From Waterburya sp. (GTDB lineage: Bacteria > Cyanobacteriota > Cyanobacteriia > Cyanobacteriales > Xenococcaceae): DNA of 64,000 nt. A program made the translations under genes and the position numbers. This document shows, piece by piece, positions 10,286 through 20,642 of the stretch. A model generated the notes under the pieces. That model worked only from the letters and a program-made list of their open reading frames with translations. It was not told where the DNA came from and made no database searches. The stretch spans positions 3,680,001-3,744,000 of the forward strand of contig CBDCJV010000002.1 of the NCBI GenBank assembly GCA_965217895.1, given 5' to 3'. Position 1 is the stretch's first letter. Each line of letters begins with the position of its first letter.

Positions 10286-11140
10286 TTAATCATTAGAAAT
10301 TTTTATTTCTAATTTAGTTCCACACTGTTTACAAAACTGAGCATCAGGATCGTGGCGAGACAAATCGCAGTTAGTACATTTATGCTCTACAAAGCTAGAG
10401 GTTTTGACTATAGAGGTATTTACTATTTGTTTTATTAATTCACTCAGTTGCCAGGGAATTAATAAAACTCCTGTAAAGATCATTAATAATGTCATAACTC
10501 TTCCTGGCTGAGATAAGGGTGTAACGTCACCATAGCCAACAGTTGTCATTGTTACCACCACAAAATAAAAAGCATCAAAAAAGTTTTTTAGGTGGTCGCT
10601 ATTTATTTGATATTCTACTTGATAAATTAATCCTGCAAAAACAAAAATTATGGTAAATAGAGTTAAAAAAATGCGTATTAAAACAATGCTGTCTTTAGCT
10701 TGAATACCTGGTAAAAGTTTTTCGATTTTCCAAAATCTAATAATTCGCAAAATCCGAAACCAACGAAAGACCCGCAAGTAACCAACATTAATCCATCCTA
10801 AAAGCAATGGAAAAATAGAAATTAAATCTATAAACCCAAAAAAGCTAAAAAAGTATTTTTGAGGATTATCTGCCGACCAACAACGAACTATATATTCAAT
10901 CGCAAAAATAATTAAAATTATTAAATCTATATTGCCTAATATTGTTTGTAATTGTTGACTAATAGGATATGTTTGGGCAACAAATATTCCTGAAGATAAT
11001 AATATTAATCCTAAAACAACTAAATCTAACCACAAACCTAAACTAGTTTCAGTATCTTCTAAATAAAAAGCTATTTTGCGACGTAATGATAGTTGGTTTA
11101 TCTCAGATTTTTTAGTTAAAACAATATTTTCTGATGGCAC
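10286..11140 (-). CDS. Potassium channel / ion transporter with C-terminal zinc ribbon
   Basis: Selectivity filter TMTTVGYGD, S4-like LRVFRWFRILRIIR, CxxC...CxxC tail. Confidence 0.93.
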   Translation of the reverse strand: MPSENIVLTKKSEINQLSLRRKIAFYLEDTETSLGLWLDLVVLGLILLSSGIFVAQTYPISQQLQTILGNIDLIILIIFAIEYIVRCWSADNPQKYFFSFFGFIDLISIFPLLLGWINVGYLRVFRWFRILRIIRFWKIEKLLPGIQAKDSIVLIRIFLTLFTIIFVFAGLIYQVEYQINSDHLKNFFDAFYFVVVTMTTVGYGDVTPLSQPGRVMTLLMIFTGVLLIPWQLSELIKQIVNTSIVKTSSFVEHKCTNCDLSRHDPDAQFCKQCGTKLEIKISND

Positions 11141-11229
11141 GATCGCGTAATTGGAGTGATTAAGTTTAATACCAATACGTGCATTTTACACAGGTCACAG
11201 TAGATCTGCACCAAATTTGAATCAGAATC

Positions 11230-11514
11230 TAAATGTTGTAGTAGTTGACATTGTGATTTTAAATCGTGGCGATCGCCTGATTTTTGGTTCACCAAAAGTG
11301 ATACTGCTGGCGAATTTATTTATCCAAGCAGGCGATTAATTAAAACATGAAGTCGCTGAATGACTCGATCTCCTTCGTGCATTACTATTTCATCTGGTTG
11401 ATATTCTTTAACGTGACTGCATCGAGCTAGACTTTCTAATTGTGCGATCGCTAAATCCTAAAAGATCGAAATTTGCCGTAATTAAGCGACCGACAAGCAA
11501 CCTTTGACCAACAT
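11230..11514 (-). pseudogene. Decayed Crp/Fnr-family (cNMP-binding domain) regulator
   Basis: From ATG at 11514: MLVKGCLSVA*LRQISIF*DLAIAQLESLARCSHVKEYQPDEIVMHEGDRVIQRLHVLINRLLG*. This is a cNMP-domain pattern with in-frame stops; the downstream part is degenerate and the lower boundary approximate. Confidence 0.7.
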
Positions 11515-11645
11515 TTATTGGAAAACAGTTCCAGTTTATTTATTTAAGCTAAAAATTAGAACCTAAAGGATAAACAATTGGCTTTACCTGTGAGGTCATG
11601 TAGCGAGTCTATAAGCAAACTTTAAGCAAAGTATTAAATATTTCT

Positions 11646-11685
11646 GTATCTATGACTACTTTATGCGATTTCGTCATGATATATT
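11646..11685 (+). promoter_or_regulatory. NtcA site and -10 box upstream of the HPP gene
   Basis: GTA-TCTATGAC-TAC (perfect GTA-N8-TAC) at 11646-11659; TATATT 20 nt downstream. Confidence 0.7.
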
Positions 11686-11760
11686 GATAATAACGAATAA
11701 TTGCCTAGATCAAGATTACTTTAATCAGCGATCGCCGATGCGTAGTCGCTTTTATAATTA

Positions 11761-12327
11761 ATGCTTTTAAAAAGAAACTTTCATCGAAAATACATTAATC
11801 AGAGTGTTCTACGGCGTTGGAAGCGTAAATTTCACAGTTTGCGAAAGAGCCGAAAACACCAACCAAAATTTACCTGGCAACACATTGGGCTTTCTTATGT
11901 TGGTAGTTTTATTGGCATCGCGATTTTAGCTTATCTTTCAGTTTATAGTTCTTATCCTCTAATCGCTGCACCTTTTGGCGCAACTGCGGTATTGGTTTTT
12001 GGTGTTCCTGATAGTCCTCTAGCTCAACCACGCAATGTTATTGGAGGAAATTTAATCGGTGCAATAACTTGCGTATTTTTAATACACTTATTTGGTACAG
12101 CACCCTGGGTCATGGCTCTGGCGGTAGCTACCACTATTAAATTAACGCAATTGACCAGAACATTGCATCCACCAGCAGGAGCAGTCGCTTTAATCGGAGT
12201 TTTGAGTAATGCAGATTGGCACTTTATTTTTACTCCAGCCTTGGGTGGGTCGATTATTATCGTTTTAGTTACTGTGATTTTTAGTAATTTAGTTGATGGT
12301 AGACCTTATCCTAAACATTGGTTGTAA
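11761..12327 (+). CDS. HPP-family membrane protein (nitrite transporter-like)
   Basis: APFGATAVLVFGVPDSPLAQPRNVIGG, LHPPAGA, C-terminal YPKHW. Confidence 0.92.
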   Translation: MLLKRNFHRKYINQSVLRRWKRKFHSLRKSRKHQPKFTWQHIGLSYVGSFIGIAILAYLSVYSSYPLIAAPFGATAVLVFGVPDSPLAQPRNVIGGNLIGAITCVFLIHLFGTAPWVMALAVATTIKLTQLTRTLHPPAGAVALIGVLSNADWHFIFTPALGGSIIIVLVTVIFSNLVDGRPYPKHWL

Positions 12328-12487
12328 ACTTTTAGAGGAACTTATGTAATTTTAGTAAATTGCGATCGCACTAAATTACTTTTAAATTGATATGGATTGA
12401 TTGAAGGATTTATCACTAACCAAAATTTGTTATTTGTTTATTTTGTTTAGTATCCCTCAATTTTTAGTATGCTTTTGCTATGGCTAT

Positions 12488-13585
12488 TTAACCAACAGAC
12501 ACCTCTAGATAGCCATTAATAAATTTTGCCCCTGTTACAGAATTACCACGCCAGGCAGAAGGAAGGGTAATATTACGTCGCTGATCTCCAGCCTCAATCG
12601 TAATTTCTGGACCATATTGGGTCAGTTTTACGTCTTTTTTGTCAAATCCTGGCAAGAACACCTTAATTTTGCGCTCTGCCATGACAAATTCTGTAGGTTT
12701 GGGTACGTCAAGCTTTTCATCCATTGCAGGTAGTTTATCCATTATTGCTTGCCAGTTATCACCGTCAAACTTAGGAATGGAAGCAACATTTAAGGGAGCA
12801 AAATCAGCAGATACACTATCAGCAATAGTTCCCTGGTTAACCATTAACCCTGCTACACCTAAGCCGATTTGTTGCGCGCTACCCCAAAGATACTTGACCG
12901 TTGCTACTGCTGCGGGGTCGGGAGTTGTAACCAAATAAGCCATTACTTTCCCCTGATTTAAAGCTGCCGTACCGTTTTCTAACATTTGGCTGGCAGGATT
13001 ATCGGCACTGTTAGTAATGTCGTTGGCTGACCAAGTTGTATTGAGGATCGCGCTAGTAACTGGCTGGACAAAAGGAGAGAGGGTTTTGACAATATCTGAT
13101 TCAGAAAATACGCCTCGAAAACGACGAACGTACCAGCTTAAAATTTCTGGCAGCCCAAACATTCTCAGGGTGTCTATGCCCCCTGTACCGTCGTAAATAA
13201 TTACGTCGTATTTATCGCTTTGATAATATTCGCGGATGGCATTAAGAGCCAAGGCTCGATCCATACCAGGTAAGATGCCCAATTCCTGACCATATACCTG
13301 TTTGAGAATTGGCGATCGCAAATACTGTGCCTCTAGTTGCTTAACCTCCTCCCAGCTATTTTCTAGCAATACAGCCGAATTTAATTGCATTGCAGCAAAA
13401 TTTGAGCTAATCTCTTGAGGTTCGGTGGTAGGAGTTGTCCCTAGTGCCATTCCCCAAGCAGGACTAGAATCTTGTCCGATTAAAAGAACTCTTTTTCCTT
13501 CTGTAGCTAGCTTTTTAGCAGTTGCGATCGCGTTAATTGTGCGACCCGTACCGCCTTTACCTAAAAAGGTGATAATCAAGGACAT
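12488..13585 (-). CDS. ArsA/Get3-fold ATPase with C-terminal HSP20-like domain
   Basis: TFLGKGGTGRT, QELGILPGMD, VFLPGFDKKDVKLTQYGPEITIEAGDQRRNI. Confidence 0.9.
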   Translation of the reverse strand: MSLIITFLGKGGTGRTINAIATAKKLATEGKRVLLIGQDSSPAWGMALGTTPTTEPQEISSNFAAMQLNSAVLLENSWEEVKQLEAQYLRSPILKQVYGQELGILPGMDRALALNAIREYYQSDKYDVIIYDGTGGIDTLRMFGLPEILSWYVRRFRGVFSESDIVKTLSPFVQPVTSAILNTTWSANDITNSADNPASQMLENGTAALNQGKVMAYLVTTPDPAAVATVKYLWGSAQQIGLGVAGLMVNQGTIADSVSADFAPLNVASIPKFDGDNWQAIMDKLPAMDEKLDVPKPTEFVMAERKIKVFLPGFDKKDVKLTQYGPEITIEAGDQRRNITLPSAWRGNSVTGAKFINGYLEVSVG

Positions 13586-13631
13586 ACGTTAAAAAATTTA
13601 GTCTGTTATATATTTATCTTATTATGACTGA

Positions 13632-13823
13632 CTATACGGGCTTAATTTCATCCTCAAAAAACCAGGTAGATGAGTGATCGTCGAACTGAACAACTACGCC
13701 CACACCACTAGCATCAGTCATTTTATATTCTTTAATAGTACCGACTTTGCCGAGTGTTCCAGCAACGTTTCTGTTTACTCTGTCTCTAATTCTATAAACT
13801 TTTACTTTTTGCCCGATTTCCAT
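13632..13823 (-). CDS. petP: Cytochrome b6f accessory subunit PetP (DUF2862)
   Basis: MEIGQKVKV.R.RDR...KMTDASGVGVVVQFDD.SSTWFFEDE. Confidence 0.85.
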   Translation of the reverse strand: MEIGQKVKVYRIRDRVNRNVAGTLGKVGTIKEYKMTDASGVGVVVQFDDHSSTWFFEDEIKPV

Positions 13824-14034
13824 TGCTGTTTATTTATTCTGAATTTGTAATGAGCCATTTCACAGTTTAAAGCAAAACCAGCACTCTTTGAAGTTATACA
13901 GCCTCAGTTATTTGCTAAAGTCAGATGATTCCTAGGCGAAAAATAAAATTGATTATCATATTTTTAGCCACTTTTCATTACAATATTGACCAACGCTCAC
14001 AGATTATGGTCATAATATTCGTAAAAACTGCTGT

Positions 14035-14841
14035 ATGTTTACATCTATTCTAAAAAATAAGGGTAGTCAACACCTATCCTGGTATCGTGAATTATTAATG
14101 GTTTTAATTAAACGTAATCTTAAAAGGAGATACCGTGGCTCTTTTTTGGGTATATATTGGTCTTTGTTAAATCCTATAGCAATGACAGGCTTGTATTCGG
14201 CAATTTTTGGAGCAGCCTTTGCAGCATATTATGATAACTCTGCCTTAAATTATATGCTGGCAGCTTTTACAGGTTTAGTAGTAATTAATTTTTTCTGTAC
14301 ATCTACGGCACAAGCTTTACCCAGCGTGGTAGAGAATGGCGGAATGGTCAATAAAATACGCTTGCCTTTATTTGTTTTTCCTTTGTCAACTATTGGAGCT
14401 AATGTTTTTCAACTATTTATGGGAGCTTTTCCCCTATTGGTTGTCGTTACTTTAATTCTTTCTCAAAGTTTGCTCAACGTTATTGCTTTAGCCCTACCAA
14501 TTACAGGTTTAATTTTTGTTTGTACGGGAATTGGTATGTTGATGAGCGCACTATATGTATTCTTTCGCGATCTATCCTATTTTTATGAGCTATTAACTTT
14601 TTTACTCTGGATTAGCTCGCCTATTTTTTATCCTAAAGATATTGTCCCTGAAAATGTAGCCAGATTCTTAGTTTTAAATCCAATTTATCCGATTATTGAG
14701 AGTATTCGCCAGATTTCATTGTCAGGAGATCTTCCCGACTTAGTGTTGATTTCTCACAGTTTGATTAGCGGTTTAATAGTTTTGACTATTGGCGTGGTGG
14801 GATTTTCAATTTGGCGTTCTCAATTTATGGATCTACTATAA
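14035..14841 (+). CDS. wzm: Polysaccharide export ABC permease (Wzm/RfbA)
   Basis: LKRRYRGSFLGIYWSLLNP, FFRDL, SPIFYP, LNP; six-TM pattern. Confidence 0.88.
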   Translation: MFTSILKNKGSQHLSWYRELLMVLIKRNLKRRYRGSFLGIYWSLLNPIAMTGLYSAIFGAAFAAYYDNSALNYMLAAFTGLVVINFFCTSTAQALPSVVENGGMVNKIRLPLFVFPLSTIGANVFQLFMGAFPLLVVVTLILSQSLLNVIALALPITGLIFVCTGIGMLMSALYVFFRDLSYFYELLTFLLWISSPIFYPKDIVPENVARFLVLNPIYPIIESIRQISLSGDLPDLVLISHSLISGLIVLTIGVVGFSIWRSQFMDLL

Positions 14842-14853
14842 AAAATAAACTAT

Positions 14854-15633
14854 ATGATGCAAGAATCGATTAGATTAGACGGAGTTTCTTTGTGGCGCAG
14901 GACTCAAGAGGAGTTTTCTTACGACCTTAAACGAACTATCCTTTCTTTTTTAGAAGGCAAATATCGTCATCCCGCCAAAAAAATAGTCTTAGATAATATT
15001 GACCTAACCATTGACCGTGGTGAAAAAATTGGTATCATTGGCGCGAATGGCTCTGGTAAATCTACCATTCTCAAGGTAATCTCAGGTATTCTGAATCCTA
15101 CTACGGGTAAAGTTCGGGTTAAAGGCAAGATTGCACCTTTAATTGAGCTTGGGGCAGGATTTGACCCCGATCTGGCGGTGATAGATAATATTATTCTCTA
15201 TGGAGTAATGTTGGGCTACACCCAAGAAGAGATGCGAGGCAGGTCTAAGGCAATTTTAGCATTTGCTGAACTGGAAGATTATGCCATAGCCCCCGTCAAA
15301 AGTCTGTCTTCTGGGATGACAGCCCGTTTAGGATTTGCAGTTGCGACTGATGTTAAGCCAGATATATTAATCTTAGACGAAGTACTTTCTGTAGGCGATG
15401 CTAGCTTCAAAGAGAAATCTAGTAAGAAAATGGAAGAGTTTTGGCAAGATCACGTCACCGTATTATTAGTTTCTCACTCAATGGAAATGATTCGTCAAAA
15501 CTGCCACAAAGCTATCTGGTTGGAGCAAGGGCAAATTAGAATGATTGGTAGTGCCAATAACGTGGTGGACGAATATTTGGAGTGCGTTACTCCCCACACA
15601 GAGAGTTCTCATCCTGTAGCAACTCAAGTTTAG
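14854..15633 (+). CDS. wzt: Polysaccharide export ABC ATPase (Wzt/RfbB) with no C-terminal carbohydrate-binding domain
   Basis: GANGSGKST, LIELGAGF, SSGMTARLGFA, DEVLSVGD. Confidence 0.88.
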   Translation: MMQESIRLDGVSLWRRTQEEFSYDLKRTILSFLEGKYRHPAKKIVLDNIDLTIDRGEKIGIIGANGSGKSTILKVISGILNPTTGKVRVKGKIAPLIELGAGFDPDLAVIDNIILYGVMLGYTQEEMRGRSKAILAFAELEDYAIAPVKSLSSGMTARLGFAVATDVKPDILILDEVLSVGDASFKEKSSKKMEEFWQDHVTVLLVSHSMEMIRQNCHKAIWLEQGQIRMIGSANNVVDEYLECVTPHTESSHPVATQV

Positions 15634-15713
15634 CAAACACTTAAGATCTATCTGAGCCTGGACTTACTACAATATATTGTAGGTGAAAGTATTTTTAACT
15701 AGATAGTGATATT

Positions 15714-16733
15714 ATGGCTGCTGCCGTTTTAATCGAAAACTTACGGAAAAGCTATGGTGATGTCCAGGCGGTAAAGGATATATCTTTTACCGTACAACCA
15801 GGAGAAATCTTTGGTTTACTTGGCCCCAATGGTGCAGGAAAAACCACTACCATTCGCTGTTTGTGTACCTTAGCAAAGCCCGATGGTGGAAAAATTGAGG
15901 TGGGGGGCGTTTCGGCGATCGCCTCTCCTAAAGCCGCAAGACAAAGGTTAGGTTACGTGGCACAAGAAGTAGCTATTGACAAGGTTTTAACTGGTCGAGA
16001 ACTATTAAGGCTACAGGCAGCACTCTACCATTTGCCCAAAAAATTAATTGGCGATCGCATTGACCAGCTATTGACAGTTTTGGGCTTAAGCGAATATGCC
16101 GATAAGAAAACAGGCACCTATTCAGGAGGTATCCGTAAACGTCTTGACCTGGCAGCAGGACTTTTACACCAGCCTGAAGTGTTAGTTTTGGATGAGCCGA
16201 CAGTAGGCTTAGATATCGAAAGCCGTAGGATAGTATGGGAATTTTTACGCGAGTTGCGCTCGGCAGGAACAACTGTCTTAATAACTAGCCATTATCTTGA
16301 AGAAATCGATGCTTTGGCCGATCGCTTAGCAATTATAGGTCAAGGGAAAGTAATTGCTGAAGGTACACCCTCAGAATTAAAAAATAAGTTAGGAGGCGAT
16401 CGCGTTACCCTGCGAATTAGAGAATTTACCGCCGATGAGGAAGCCCAGAAAGCAAAGCATATTTTAGAATCTCTCCCTTTTGTTGAAGAAATTATTATCA
16501 ACACCACCCAGGGGAATTCCCTAAATCTAATTGTCAAATCTGGTCAGAGTTCTTTAAGTAAAATAGAGCAATCATTATCAGAAAAAGATTTACCTACCTT
16601 TAGCTTGGCGCAGTCTCGCCCTAGCCTAGACGACGTATACCTTGCTGCCACTGGTCAAACCATTATGGATGCCGAAGTATCCGCAGCCAGCACTAGAGAC
16701 ATTAAACAAGAGAAAAAGCAAATGATGAAATGA
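15714..16733 (+). CDS. DrrA-family ABC-2 exporter ATPase
   Basis: GPNGAGKTT, YSGGIRKRLDLA, DEPTVGLD, PSLDDVYL. Confidence 0.92.
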   Translation: MAAAVLIENLRKSYGDVQAVKDISFTVQPGEIFGLLGPNGAGKTTTIRCLCTLAKPDGGKIEVGGVSAIASPKAARQRLGYVAQEVAIDKVLTGRELLRLQAALYHLPKKLIGDRIDQLLTVLGLSEYADKKTGTYSGGIRKRLDLAAGLLHQPEVLVLDEPTVGLDIESRRIVWEFLRELRSAGTTVLITSHYLEEIDALADRLAIIGQGKVIAEGTPSELKNKLGGDRVTLRIREFTADEEAQKAKHILESLPFVEEIIINTTQGNSLNLIVKSGQSSLSKIEQSLSEKDLPTFSLAQSRPSLDDVYLAATGQTIMDAEVSAASTRDIKQEKKQMMK

Positions 16734-16780
16734 TCATTGTAAATTGATTTACGAAATTGCTAATTATTCTGTACGAAGCT

Positions 16781-16809
16781 ATTAGCCATTAGCTCTTAGC
16801 TCTTAGCTT
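16781..16809. repeat. STRR heptamer tract (TTAGCTC/TTAGCCA)
   Basis: attagccattagctcttagctcttagctt. Confidence 0.75.
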
Positions 16810-16861
16810 TTACTCAAACCAAATCAAAAGTCTATTTATTGTCCACCACAAATAAATAATT

Positions 16862-17758
16862 ATGAGTCAATCAATATCTAGTCAAAACATCAAGTCGGCA
16901 TTAGCACCAAATCCAGGTATTAGTAGACAGTACAATGAACAAAATAGCTCTTTAGCTGATTTTATTCAGGAAACATTAGCCCTTACCAAACGTCTATTTA
17001 TTCAATTACAACGTCGTCCTTCAAGTTTGGTTGCAGGAATTATTCAGCCGTTTATGTGGTTAGTTCTTTTTGGCGCACTGTTTAGCAAAGCTCCTTCTGG
17101 TTTATTTGGTGGTGACATAAGTTACGCTAAATTTCTCGCACCAGGAGTAATCGTTTTTACAGCCTTTTCTGGGGCATTAAATGCGGGATTACCAATCATG
17201 TTCGATCGCGAATTTGGTTTTCTCAACCGTTTATTGGTTGCGCCCTTGTCTTCCCGCTATTCTATTGTGGCAGCTTCGACAGTGTATATTATTGCCTTGA
17301 GCTTTATTCAAACGGCAGTAATTATCTTTGCTAGTGCCGTTTTAGGTGCAGGATTGCCAGGAATTGCGGGGTTAAGCGCGATCGCCTTAATCGTCTTTCT
17401 GATTGTTTTAGGAGTGACGGCTTTGAGCTTAGGTTTAGCGTTTGCCTTACCTGGTCATATTGAACTTTTAGCAGTGATCTTTGTAACTAACTTACCATTA
17501 TTATTTGCTAGTACTGCCCTTGCACCTTTAAGCTTCATGGCTGACTGGCTTCAGGTGATTGCGAGTCTTAATCCTTTGACTTATGCGATCGAACCTATTC
17601 GCTATATTTATAGTCATGGAGATTGGGCAATCAGCAGTGTCGTCATGAACACTCCCTGGATTGGCTTTAGTTTTGGCAGCGTTATTTTGGTATTGTTAGC
17701 TTTTGACGCGCTAATTTTACTCTCAATTCAACCTTTGTTACGTCGTCGTTTTGCTTAG
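16862..17758 (+). CDS. ABC-2 permease (Ycf38-like)
   Basis: QPFMWLVLFG, MFDREFGFLNRLLVAP, LNPLTYAIEPIR. Confidence 0.9.
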   Translation: MSQSISSQNIKSALAPNPGISRQYNEQNSSLADFIQETLALTKRLFIQLQRRPSSLVAGIIQPFMWLVLFGALFSKAPSGLFGGDISYAKFLAPGVIVFTAFSGALNAGLPIMFDREFGFLNRLLVAPLSSRYSIVAASTVYIIALSFIQTAVIIFASAVLGAGLPGIAGLSAIALIVFLIVLGVTALSLGLAFALPGHIELLAVIFVTNLPLLFASTALAPLSFMADWLQVIASLNPLTYAIEPIRYIYSHGDWAISSVVMNTPWIGFSFGSVILVLLAFDALILLSIQPLLRRRFA

Positions 17759-17796
17759 AAAAGATTTTATTTATAATTTATATATGAGGTGTAATT

Positions 17797-18174
17797 ATGT
17801 TTAAACAAAACAAAATAAGTCAATTGAGTTTAGGTCTATGTTTGGGGATGACTTTGGCTTTGGTAACAGGATTAAATTCATCTACCACCGCTCAAACTCA
17901 ATCTCAATCTAATAATGGCTATCAATCCAACGAGAAGGATGCAACCTACGGCGATGCACCTGGAGGTTTAAACCCTCTAGATTTGATGCACCGCGCTCAA
18001 CAATTAAATGGGCGTAGCCCAGCAGAATTTGATGCCGAATCTCAAGTACAAATTGAGAATTCTGTATCTAATTATAAGCAGCTTCAGCAGCAAAGAATAT
18101 TAGAACAGCAGTCACAAACAAAGCCTGCGACAGAAGCAGCAACAACACCATCCCCATCTAACCCTAATCGCTAA
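17797..18174 (+). CDS. Secreted hypothetical protein
   Basis: Signal peptide ending in TTA; YQSNE...NPLDLMHRAQ motif; Gln-rich tail. Confidence 0.75.
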   Translation: MFKQNKISQLSLGLCLGMTLALVTGLNSSTTAQTQSQSNNGYQSNEKDATYGDAPGGLNPLDLMHRAQQLNGRSPAEFDAESQVQIENSVSNYKQLQQQRILEQQSQTKPATEAATTPSPSNPNR

Positions 18175-18286
18175 TTTGTTATTTTTCTCTAAAGCACTTT
18201 CACAGGCTTGAAACTTGAGGCTCGCTTGCTCTAGTTTTTAGAATGAATGTAAGAGAGGGCGAGTAAGTAAGTTCTATGTAAAAAAG

Positions 18287-18463
18287 GGCGTTGCTGAATC
18301 AAGGTATGAATTTGATTTATTATCCTTTCTATTTAGTCTTAAAAGGCTTAGAGCTACGAACAGTAATATTTCGAGTTTCATAATCGTCTTGAACAAGCCA
18401 CTCTAACAAAGGCTTAAGCCGCTTACAAAGACTGCGCTTCTTGTTCGCTAAATCAGCAACGCC
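18287..18463. mobile_element. 177-bp MITE with GGCGTTGCTGA terminal inverted repeats (IS1/IS1595-type ends)
   Basis: Perfect 11-bp TIR (18287-18297 / 18453-18463); flanks taaaaaag and ttaaaaag give a 7/8 target-site duplication. Confidence 0.8.
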
Positions 18464-18524
18464 TTAAAAAGCATAATTGCAATCAATTTGCAGTTTGCGT
18501 TTTAAAGGTAAAACTCTGAATTTA

Positions 18525-19613
18525 TTACGTTGGTTTGTATGCAGTCCAATATTTACTAACAAAGTTATTTTCTACTTTGACGTTGGTAAATCCTGCTGTC
18601 ATCAGCCGTTCTTCAAGATTATCGGTTGTATAGTGTCGGTAATAAGGTTCGTGAAATATAGCAGGAAAATTATTCATCATAGGTTGAAAATCAGGAGAAT
18701 CGATCGCCTGCATCGAATCACAAATAACAAACACTCCGCCTGGCTGTAAGACACGAAATGCCTCATTGATTACCTGCTGTCTGGCTGCTGCTGGTAGCTC
18801 ATGAAACAGAAATACAGAAGTTAAACCATGAAAATAGTTATCTAAATAGGGCAACTCTTCGCTATTAGCCTGAAGCAGTTGAGGTAACTCCCCTGAAATC
18901 TCAGAAAGTAGCTGATTAGCTTTACGTAGATAGGCGGGAGATAAATCTGTACCAAACAAAGATACTTTAGGTAAAGCACCGCAAATCATCCTTAATGTAC
19001 GCCCTGTACCACAAGCCACATCTAATACTTTTAGCTGTTGGGCTGGTATGGTAGAAAATGCCTGCAATCCTGCTTTCAAAGGCGCGAGGATACGACGACG
19101 CATAGCATCAGCAGCACCATTAAACAGAATTTCTACCTGTAAGTCATAGAGATTGGCAGACATATCGCTGAGATAACCATCTGTCTGATAATGAAAGTTT
19201 TGCAGATAGTAGTCAGGATAGCCAGCTTTATCAATAGAGGCATCGAATTTTTGAAAATCTTTTGTTCCTAGGCGTTCCCAGATCTTAAACATATCTAGCC
19301 ACACCTGGGGGTAATAGCGGAAAAAATCAGACCAAGGATTATCAAACAGCAAGCTACGAGGATAAACTCCTGCTTGCGCATCTTGCCAATCTTTTTCTTC
19401 TAGTTTTTTAAGTTTTACCTGGAGTTTTTCAAATACTTCAGGAGAGAGAGGCTGGCTTTTGCTTTTCTGTTCGGGGATAACTGTATTGGTCAAGCGATCG
19501 CTTACAAGCTTATGGACAAAGCCAAACACTTTTTTACTTTCTTGGAAGCTTTGGTAAGCTAGCTTAGTTAAAGGTTCGGGGATAAATTGGTCTAGGTTGG
19601 GAGTTGATTGCAT
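18525..19613 (-). CDS. Class I SAM-dependent methyltransferase
   Basis: VLDVACGTG, YYLQNFHYQTDGYLS, VFLFHELP. Confidence 0.92.
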   Translation of the reverse strand: MQSTPNLDQFIPEPLTKLAYQSFQESKKVFGFVHKLVSDRLTNTVIPEQKSKSQPLSPEVFEKLQVKLKKLEEKDWQDAQAGVYPRSLLFDNPWSDFFRYYPQVWLDMFKIWERLGTKDFQKFDASIDKAGYPDYYLQNFHYQTDGYLSDMSANLYDLQVEILFNGAADAMRRRILAPLKAGLQAFSTIPAQQLKVLDVACGTGRTLRMICGALPKVSLFGTDLSPAYLRKANQLLSEISGELPQLLQANSEELPYLDNYFHGLTSVFLFHELPAAARQQVINEAFRVLQPGGVFVICDSMQAIDSPDFQPMMNNFPAIFHEPYYRHYTTDNLEERLMTAGFTNVKVENNFVSKYWTAYKPT

Positions 19614-19774
19614 GAATGTAGATAAGAATGATAGCAGTTTGATTTAAGTTTTATTTTGTTTTGTCGATATATATTAAGTATAGTCAACTAGCATTTAGAA
19701 GAAAACGTAGATATAAAAAAAAAGTAACTAATAATTTTAGTTGCTTGAAAAAAGATTTTCCAATGTAGTATCAG

Positions 19775-20440
19775 TTAATCTACGTACTGAACTACATCAT
19801 TGGCAGGAAAGCGAACTTTGGGACTAGTAGCGTATTTATCATCATCAGCACGATATCCAGCAGCACAAAGGGCAACTGCGCTATATCCTTGGCTATTTAA
19901 ATTTAAGACTTCATCGTATTTTTCAGGAATAAAGCCTTCCATTGGTAAAGCATCAATTCCTAACATAGCCGCGCAAGTTAGAAAAAATCCCAGGGCGATA
20001 TAGGTTTGTTTGGCTGCCCACTTATCAACATCTAAAGGATAAGGTGGATCTTGAAGATAGCCTTTGACCATATTGGCAAATCCCTGAAGATTTTCTGGGC
20101 TAACTTGCTGTACTTCTGCCATTCTTCTGATGTAATGATCGACATCATCGTTATCAATACCTTTTTTAATGGCGAAGACAACTAGATGAGAAGCTTCGAC
20201 TACAGGTTTTTGTCCCCAGGAATGCTCTAAAAGCTGCTGTCGTATTTGGGGGTTGCGAACTACAAAAAATTTCCAAGGCTGTAAGCCAAATGAAGAAGGA
20301 GATAATACTAAGCTTTGTTCTAAAGTTTTCCAAGTGGCTTCAGGAATTTTTTTATTTGGATCGAATTTTTTGGTAGCGTAACGCCAGTGAAGATGTTCTA
20401 ATACTTGTTCTGGCTTTAGAGGTGGGTTACTCATGGTCAA
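19775..20440 (-). CDS. Nitroreductase-family NAD(P)H oxidoreductase
   Basis: WRYATKKFD, SPSSFGLQPW, PMEGF, GYR...KVRF. Confidence 0.93.
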   Translation of the reverse strand: MTMSNPPLKPEQVLEHLHWRYATKKFDPNKKIPEATWKTLEQSLVLSPSSFGLQPWKFFVVRNPQIRQQLLEHSWGQKPVVEASHLVVFAIKKGIDNDDVDHYIRRMAEVQQVSPENLQGFANMVKGYLQDPPYPLDVDKWAAKQTYIALGFFLTCAAMLGIDALPMEGFIPEKYDEVLNLNSQGYSAVALCAAGYRADDDKYATSPKVRFPANDVVQYVD

Positions 20441-20487
20441 AATTTTGGTTTCTTTATCTGTAAGATACAGTAATTCTGATAAATCAA

Positions 20488-20583
20488 TATAGCAATCCTA
20501 TTTTATTTATGAACAGTTAAATTTCGGTATCGGGAATAAGGAATAGAGAACAGAAATTCTACAATTCATTTAGGATTGCTATA
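20488..20583. mobile_element. MITE with TATAGCAATCCTA inverted ends (IS630-like, TA target)
   Basis: tatagcaatccta (20488-20500) ... taggattgctata (20571-20583); perfect 13-14 bp IR. Confidence 0.8.
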
Positions 20584-20642
20584 TATCAATAAATTATAGT
20601 TAATAATGCGTGTCAGCCTCTTTTTATCCTAGTAAGAGGAGG

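Noticed and set aside
18477..18749. Short ORF-track entries overlapping real genes (e.g. 18477, 22160, 26478, 39106, 40217, 51170, 59978, 62093, 63596)
   Set aside because: Antisense or alternate-frame shadows of well-supported genes or repeats, with no motifs of their own
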